Assembly: GCA_041549915.1 (NCBI GenBank)
Contig: JBFEPU010000003.1
Span: 1 to 37,819 of the forward strand
Source: Anaerolineae bacterium
GTDB taxonomy: Bacteria; Chloroflexota; Anaerolineae; UBA2200
Direction of reading: 5' to 3'
DNA length: 37,819 nucleotides
Part shown: positions 35,543 through 37,819 of the stretch, piece by piece
How the letters are laid out: every line of letters begins with the position of its first letter
Position numbering within the stretch: the first letter of the stretch is position 1
The notes under the pieces: model-generated
What the model saw: only the letters and a program-made list of their open reading frames with translations
Database searches by the model: none
What the model was told of the DNA's origin: nothing
Translations under genes and position numbers: made by a program

Positions 35543-37186
35543 TTGTCACAGCGCTTGCTGCCACGCAGAAGCCTGGGGGCCTGGCTCGAGTCCAGATTCG
35601 TCTGGCTGCTCCTGATTGCAGCCACCGTGCTCCTGCTGGCACGCCTGGACAACATCTACCTATGGCAGGATGAGGCGGAGACAGCCCTGCTCTCGCAAAG
35701 GCTGCGCACATATGGCCTGCCACTGGCCTTTGACGGTCGCAACCTGATCCGCCAGGCACCCCAAGATGTGCAATACACCTCAGACTATGTGTGGGTGTAC
35801 CATCCCTGGCTGCCGTTCTTCTTGACAGCCGTCTCGTTTTCCCTCTTCGGTGCAACCACATTCGCCGCACGCCTGCCCTATGCGTTGGCTGGGCTAGCAA
35901 CGGTTCTCCTCCTGTACCACAGCACGCGCCGTCACTTTCGCGACCAGCGGGTGGCGATACTGGCTTCGACGTTTCTGTTGCTCTGCGTACCATTCCTCCT
36001 TCACGCGCGGCAGTGCAAGTACTTCCCTTTTGCGGCCCTCTTCACCGTAGCCATGCTGGATGCCTACCTGCTCCTGCTCCAAAAGGAGGAAGCACGCCGA
36101 GCGCTGCCCTACTTCGTACTAGCAGGCTTCTGCCTGTTTCAGAGCAACTTTGGCGCATTCGTCCCCATGATAGCGGCGCTGGGGGCACACTTTCTCCTCA
36201 GCCGCCCGCAATGGGATGACGTGAGACGCATAGGACTGGCTGTGGGGATACTGGCGCTCTTGGTCATACCCTGGGCCATCTACCTTCAGACCTGGGCCCG
36301 CGGCCGCTTTGCCTTCGATGTCTATCGCTTCGTTGGACACCTGGTCCACTATGCAGTGTATATCACTGGGTGGGTCTTGCCCTTGCCGCTGTTGCTCGCG
36401 TTTGCCTATTGGTATGCCAGGGCTCGCATGCGCCAAGTACTTGAGCCTCGCCAAGTCTCTGCCATCCATCTGTACACTCTGGCAGTCGCGCTCACGCTCC
36501 TCTTCCTGTCAGCAACGTTCATCTGGATGTACTTCAGCTATATTGTGCAACTCGTTCCCCTGCTGGTGGTCATCCTGGCATTGACAGTGGTCAGAGTCTT
36601 GGAGCGTTCTCGGCCGCTTGGTACTGTGCTGATTGCCCTGCTGGTCACAACGAATGTCCTGCATGCCTTCCCGTACGCGGTGCCTGCCACCAGAGAGTTC
36701 AAATGGGCTTCCCTAGCGCCCCGCCCCTACCTGGCTGAGACCGATGCACTGATCGCTTCCGCAGGAACAATTCGCTCGGACTTGGCAGACTACTTCTATG
36801 AACTCCTGCATGACTACGATGGCCCGAATGAGGGCATCGTGCTGTTCCTGCGGGAACACGCCGCACCAGGCGACATGGTACTGGCTAACTACGGTGAACT
36901 GCCGATCGCTTTCTACACCGGGCTCGATATCGCGGGTGGTTTGTCAGCATACCGCGTCGAAAGGTTCGAACAGGCCAGGTGGGTCATCAACCGCCAGGAT
37001 GGCCCCTACCGTGACGAAATGGCGCGAATCATCGCGCAAGGGAACTACGAGGCGATTGATATTCCCTATCCTGATTTGCCTTGGGGCAACCGACCAGTGC
37101 CGGAATACCACAAGTTTGCCACGGTGCACGATGCGCCCAACGTAATCATCCACCGTCTCTTAGACGGAACGGGGAATTCGGAATGA
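35543..37186 (+). CDS. GT-C fold membrane glycosyltransferase, tandem paralog of 33847-35541
   Basis: YLWQDEAETA, FGATTFAARLP, RQCKYF, YDGPNEG, IPYPD..W.NRP shared with the upstream gene. Confidence 0.9.
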   Translation: MSQRLLPRRSLGAWLESRFVWLLLIAATVLLLARLDNIYLWQDEAETALLSQRLRTYGLPLAFDGRNLIRQAPQDVQYTSDYVWVYHPWLPFFLTAVSFSLFGATTFAARLPYALAGLATVLLLYHSTRRHFRDQRVAILASTFLLLCVPFLLHARQCKYFPFAALFTVAMLDAYLLLLQKEEARRALPYFVLAGFCLFQSNFGAFVPMIAALGAHFLLSRPQWDDVRRIGLAVGILALLVIPWAIYLQTWARGRFAFDVYRFVGHLVHYAVYITGWVLPLPLLLAFAYWYARARMRQVLEPRQVSAIHLYTLAVALTLLFLSATFIWMYFSYIVQLVPLLVVILALTVVRVLERSRPLGTVLIALLVTTNVLHAFPYAVPATREFKWASLAPRPYLAETDALIASAGTIRSDLADYFYELLHDYDGPNEGIVLFLREHAAPGDMVLANYGELPIAFYTGLDIAGGLSAYRVERFEQARWVINRQDGPYRDEMARIIAQGNYEAIDIPYPDLPWGNRPVPEYHKFATVHDAPNVIIHRLLDGTGNSE

Positions 37187-37819
37187 CAAAGCAACCAAAG
37201 GCCCCCCTCGGCAGCGCAGTTCGCAACCCTGAACTCTGGTTTCTGCTGGCTATTGTCTTGGCCTCACTGATCCTACGAGTTGCCGTCGTCCGCGTGGATC
37301 GCATTGTGCGCTGGGATGAACCAGACTATTTGATCGCCGGGCGCAACCTCTTCACGGGCAAGGGCTACGCCGTAACAACCCGGCCCGAAGTGCACTATGC
37401 ACCGCTGTTCCCGGTGGTGACGGGCCTGCTGTATCCGCTGACCCACAACATGAAGCTCAACAGTGACATCGCTTTCGTCCTGTTTGGCACGCTCACGCTG
37501 CTGCCATTCTACTGGCTCGCCAGACGTCTCTTCGGAGCGCGCATCGGGTTCATGGCCACCACCTTCCTGACCCTTTTCCCCGCGCTGACCGCAGCTGTGA
37601 TCTTCTGGGGCACCATGCTCGAGCCACTCTACCTCTTTCTCCTTTATGCCGCCTTGTGCGCCGTCTGGCTCGCCTGGGAGAAGAAGAGCCTGGCGGCCCA
37701 TGTGTCTGCTGGCGCACTGTTCGGCCTGGCATATCTGACCAAGCCCGAAGCCATCGTATACCTGGTTCTGATGTTTGCGCTGCTGATTGTGGGCAATCTA
37801 TGGCGGCGTTCACTGCTCA
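37183..37819 (+). CDS. GT-C fold membrane glycosyltransferase, 3'-truncated by the window edge (absent from the ORF track); paralog of 21023-22681
   Basis: Translated by hand from the ATG at 37183 (ATGA overlap): MTKQPKAPLG...RIVRWDEPDYLIAGRNLFTGKGY...HYAPLFP...FWGTMLEPLY...LFGLAYLTKPEAIVY; no stop before the window end. Confidence 0.9.
   Translation, partial: MTKQPKAPLGSAVRNPELWFLLAIVLASLILRVAVVRVDRIVRWDEPDYLIAGRNLFTGKGYAVTTRPEVHYAPLFPVVTGLLYPLTHNMKLNSDIAFVLFGTLTLLPFYWLARRLFGARIGFMATTFLTLFPALTAAVIFWGTMLEPLYLFLLYAALCAVWLAWEKKSLAAHVSAGALFGLAYLTKPEAIVYLVLMFALLIVGNLWRRSLL

Overview
A GC-rich bacterial window with every credible gene on the + strand. The gene style suggests Chloroflexota/Anaerolineae, but that is inference only. 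It opens with the end of a Thr/Ser/Pro-rich (mucin-like) protein and an orphan membrane GAF-PAS histidine kinase. A terminator and a sigma70-like promoter follow. From 2912 to the window end (>34.9 kb) runs one tightly coupled cluster. It is led by a stand-alone IS630-type HTH protein with no DDE domain. The cluster encodes 13 polytopic GT-C-fold (ArnT/PMT/YfhO-like) glycosyltransferases, one of which (37183 to end) is missing from the ORF track. It also encodes 6 GT2 enzymes, 5 of them DPM1-like polyprenyl-phosphate-sugar synthases, one fused to a SAM methyltransferase. The rest are 3 radical SAM enzymes, 2 NAD-dependent epimerases (one with NxxxK instead of YxxxK), a sugar-1-P nucleotidyltransferase, a CE4 deacetylase, a DUF2304 protein and an ArnE/F-like small flippase. 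No Wzx, Wzy, Wzz, ABC exporter, priming phosphoglycosyltransferase or GT4 is visible in the window. The best reading is an extracytoplasmic glycan assembly line that uses lipid-monophosphate monosaccharide donors, with radical-SAM and methylation tailoring. A small degenerate palindromic repeat family also sits in-frame in protein tails and loops. All product calls rest on motifs read by eye; no database search was run.
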